From NCBI GenBank assembly GCA_951406725.2, contig OX597814.1:81592001-81656000 (forward strand): DNA of 64,000 nt, written 5' to 3'. Source of the stretch: Octopus vulgaris (taxonomy: Eukaryota). This document shows positions 60,914-64,000 of this stretch, piece by piece; the first letter of the stretch is position 1; the number at the start of each line of letters is the position of its first letter. The notes below the pieces were generated by a model. The model was not told where the DNA came from. It did not search any database and saw only the letters and a program-made list of their open reading frames with translations. The position numbers and the translations under genes were made by a program.

Positions 60914-63774
60914 TTTTGGCAGCGGAAACAATTATTTCTCGACAAATATGCTACAAATTACGGTAAAGACACCAGAACTCCGAGAAATAGCATTAAAAGT
61001 GGACAACCTCACCAACGCAACATACACCAGAACACGTGGCAACATGAACACCCGTTTCACCACGAATCGAAGACGAACTACGGTAAGAACTCTTCCCATT
61101 TTGTATGCAAACACCCTAATGCACACAACATGAACAAAAAGCACAAACAAAATAGATATTGTTTTGAACAGACCATTAGCAGTAGAAATAACAGGAGATC
61201 ATTTTCAAGACCTCAACAGAGATTACCCACAAGAAACTGGACAAAAAACCGATCTAGATCTAGAAGTAAACCCAGATCATTTCTCCAGGTGGTTAAAAAC
61301 AATGCTAACAAGAAATTGAAAAGTAGCATACATAATACCAAAAACAAGACAGAAAACATAACGAAACCAAGTAAAGTACCACAACCAAAACGCAAAATTC
61401 ATCAAGCAAACATCAACAGGAATATAAATCATAACCAGAAAAAAATCCATTTTTTTACGTCAGGACAACAAACACCGGAGAAAGAAAAAATCCAAGAAAA
61501 AATCCAAGAGGAAACATACCCCAAACAACTGAACGTATAGATCCTAAAATAATTAATTTATCAAAAAGAGATCTTGACAATGATGAAATCCAACTTCTGT
61601 TAAAAGGACTGAAATTCACACCTACACCAACAGCCAACCACCAAGAATTAAAGGAGGATATCCAAAAATTCTGTCGAAAATTACGACTTGTAGAATTCTT
61701 CGCTAACAAAAGTAATGAGATTGATGAATCCCTAGTAAGGAATAAATCAAATTTCACCCCACCAAAAGGAAGAAATAACTACCTTGACCAATACATTGAT
61801 ATCCTGTCTAAATTTCCCCTTAGACGCAATACCAATGTTAGGCCAAACATTAGCAAATCAGAGATGTCTGCATGTAAACGTATACAAAACGATCAAACAA
61901 TAATAATTAAACAAGCAGATAAAGGTGGTGCAATTGTTATTATGGATACCGAATACTATAAGGATTTGGTTGAAGACCAACTGAAGGATACAACCTTCTA
62001 TTGTGAAATACCCGCAAATATAGACCACCACATCATGAAAAAGATCAACAACCTGATTTCAACACACCACAACTCACTTACGGATAATGAAAAAGACTAC
62101 ATCACCAATTTTGAACCAAAACCCAGCAACTTCTACGGCTTACCAAAAATACACAAATCAAAAAACATTCAACAGGCAGTAAAAGAACAAGAAAGTGAGT
62201 ACATAAAATTATTACATCCAAAAGACCTAAAACTTAGACCTATTATAGCTGGTCCAGCATGCCCTACACACCGTCTAAGCAATTTTATTGACATTGTTTT
62301 GAAACCACTATGTACTTACATACCAAGTTTCATCAGGGATGACATCGACTTCCTGTCCCATCTTCCCAAAACAACAGAAACAAATTCAGTTTTACTAAGT
62401 TTTGATGTGGTAAGCCTCTACACCAATATTCCACACGATTTAGGAATAAAGGCGATTAAATACTGGTTAGAAAAACATAGAGAAGTGATTCCCAGCAGAT
62501 TCACAGTGCCATTTATATTAGACACAGTCAAACTTATTCTAGAAAATAACACATTCTTCTTCAATGGAAAGAATTACATCCAAATTAGAGGCACGGCGAT
62601 GGGAACGAGGTTTGCTCCCGTTTACGCCAACTCTGTAATGGGATACTTAGAAGAACAACTCTACCAAGAGGTGGAGGTAAACTATGGCACTGGATTTAGA
62701 AAGTATATTGAAAAGGCATGGAAGAGATACCTAGACGACTGTTTCATAATCTGGACAGAATCTCTAAATACTCTGGAAGAGTTCAATATCCTCCTGAACA
62801 ACCTACACCCATCTCTCAAATTTACAAAGGAGATGAGTAGTACCAAATTACCATTCCTGGATATAATGGTAATTAAAAAAGACACCACCATCACCACAGA
62901 TATATACTATAAACACACAGACACACATCAATACCTAAATTTTAAGTCGTGCCATCCACCACATACAAAACGTAACATCCCATACTGCCTAGCCAGAAGA
63001 ATTTGTACTATTGTAGAAGATGCAAATATCAGGAACAAACGCCTAATAGAACTAAGAAAATTTTTGCTCAAACAAAAATACCCATCTCTACTTATAGAAA
63101 ATGGCATACAGCGGGCTATAAAAATACCTATACAACAACTTAGGACAACCCAAGGAAGAGGAAAACAAGAACAAGTCATACCATTCATAGTGACACACAA
63201 CCCATGTCACCAGAATATCTTCAACATTGCCAAAGCAAACCTACCAATCATTGCCCAAAGTAATGAATTAAAAGACATAATCAAGGATCGAGCTATGGTG
63301 CTTAGTAAAAGACAGCCTAAAAACTTGAAAACATTACTAACAAAGGCAAAATTTGACCTCAGCAACAAAGACCAAACATTCACGGTATCTAAATGCAATG
63401 ATAGCCGATGTGGCACATGCCAATTCATACATACCGGTCAATATATAAACACAAAAACCGGGAAAATATTCACAAACGCGAATATGAACTGCAAAAGCAG
63501 AAATTTAATTTACTGCATCAAATGCCCAAATTGTGAAGAAATATATGTAGGTCAGACGGGAAACGCACTATTAGAACGCTCACGTGTACACCGGCAACAG
63601 ATTAGAGACCCAGAGGTCCGTCAGATACCTTTGAGTAACCACCTAGCAACATGTGGTCGGAAAATATATATAATATTTCCATTCTACAAATTACACAGCC
63701 CAAGTGAAATCGAGAGGAAAATCAGAGAAAAGAATTTTATTGATAAATTCGAACCCAAGCTAAATAAGCAATAA
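60914..63774 (+). mobile_element. Penelope-like retroelement (RT + GIY-YIG), 5'-truncated, near-intact
   Basis: ADKGGAIVIMD, FYGLPKIHK, RPII, FDVVSLYTNIP, GTAMG, RYLDD, LPFLD, C-x4-C-x2-C and IYC..YVGQTG (GIY-YIG) motifs. Begins right after a (TA)n tract; upstream basic ORF 60914-61540. Confidence 0.95.
61435..63774 (+). CDS. Penelope-like reverse transcriptase/GIY-YIG endonuclease; frame open from 61435, first ATG at 61864
   Basis: ORF-track 636-aa ORF. The same frame has no stop back to 61435 and contains the PLE N-terminal motif IINLS…LLKGLKFTPTP…FCRKLRL. Confidence 0.9.
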   Translation, partial: PEKNPFFYVRTTNTGERKNPRKNPRGNIPQTTERIDPKIINLSKRDLDNDEIQLLLKGLKFTPTPTANHQELKEDIQKFCRKLRLVEFFANKSNEIDESLVRNKSNFTPPKGRNNYLDQYIDILSKFPLRRNTNVRPNISKSEMSACKRIQNDQTIIIKQADKGGAIVIMDTEYYKDLVEDQLKDTTFYCEIPANIDHHIMKKINNLISTHHNSLTDNEKDYITNFEPKPSNFYGLPKIHKSKNIQQAVKEQESEYIKLLHPKDLKLRPIIAGPACPTHRLSNFIDIVLKPLCTYIPSFIRDDIDFLSHLPKTTETNSVLLSFDVVSLYTNIPHDLGIKAIKYWLEKHREVIPSRFTVPFILDTVKLILENNTFFFNGKNYIQIRGTAMGTRFAPVYANSVMGYLEEQLYQEVEVNYGTGFRKYIEKAWKRYLDDCFIIWTESLNTLEEFNILLNNLHPSLKFTKEMSSTKLPFLDIMVIKKDTTITTDIYYKHTDTHQYLNFKSCHPPHTKRNIPYCLARRICTIVEDANIRNKRLIELRKFLLKQKYPSLLIENGIQRAIKIPIQQLRTTQGRGKQEQVIPFIVTHNPCHQNIFNIAKANLPIIAQSNELKDIIKDRAMVLSKRQPKNLKTLLTKAKFDLSNKDQTFTVSKCNDSRCGTCQFIHTGQYINTKTGKIFTNANMNCKSRNLIYCIKCPNCEEIYVGQTGNALLERSRVHRQQIRDPEVRQIPLSNHLATCGRKIYIIFPFYKLHSPSEIERKIREKNFIDKFEPKLNKQ

Positions 63775-64000
63775 TAATAATACTTAGAGGTATTACTTCC
63801 ACTGCTACGACCATGACCACTAACAACAACAACAATACTAAAGGTGATCAAGACGAAGATAGCAGGAAAATTATCTTATTTAGGGTTAAAAGTTCTATTG
63901 CCACCACCATCACCACTAGCAACAATAATTAAGGTGCTGACAATGATGATGATGACAATTGAAATATAAAAATATAAAAATCTCTGACAAAGGATATTTA

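Overview
AT-rich, repeat-dense eukaryotic (metazoan) genomic DNA. The SINE/RTE families and microsatellite load resemble octopus/cephalopod genomes; this is inference from repeat appearance, not from a search. Two spliced host genes lie on the minus strand and are mostly missed by the ORF track. One is a complete 10-exon mitochondrial thymidine kinase 2 (TK2) gene (CDS 54808->28265, 735 nt, 244 aa, with an N-terminal mitochondrial presequence). The other is the first coding exon and promoter of an ATG8-family gene, GABARAPL2-like (3774->3741), which runs off the left edge. The rest is mobile DNA: Helitrons (one complete 820-bp non-autonomous copy encoding STPR 23-aa repeats, nested in a long-TIR element), a near-intact Penelope-like element (RT + GIY-YIG), a DD36E Tc1, two mariners (one a fold-back), hAT, pogo and piggyBac-type remnants, RTE/CR1/Tx1 LINE fragments and many tRNA-derived SINEs. 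The most notable non-obvious signals are a type I hammerhead ribozyme delimiting a 464-bp direct repeat (retrozyme-like), a possible -1 frameshift joining the two Penelope ORFs, cryptic/alternative TK2 exons and several long near-perfect hairpins. All coordinates were read by eye and no database searches were run.
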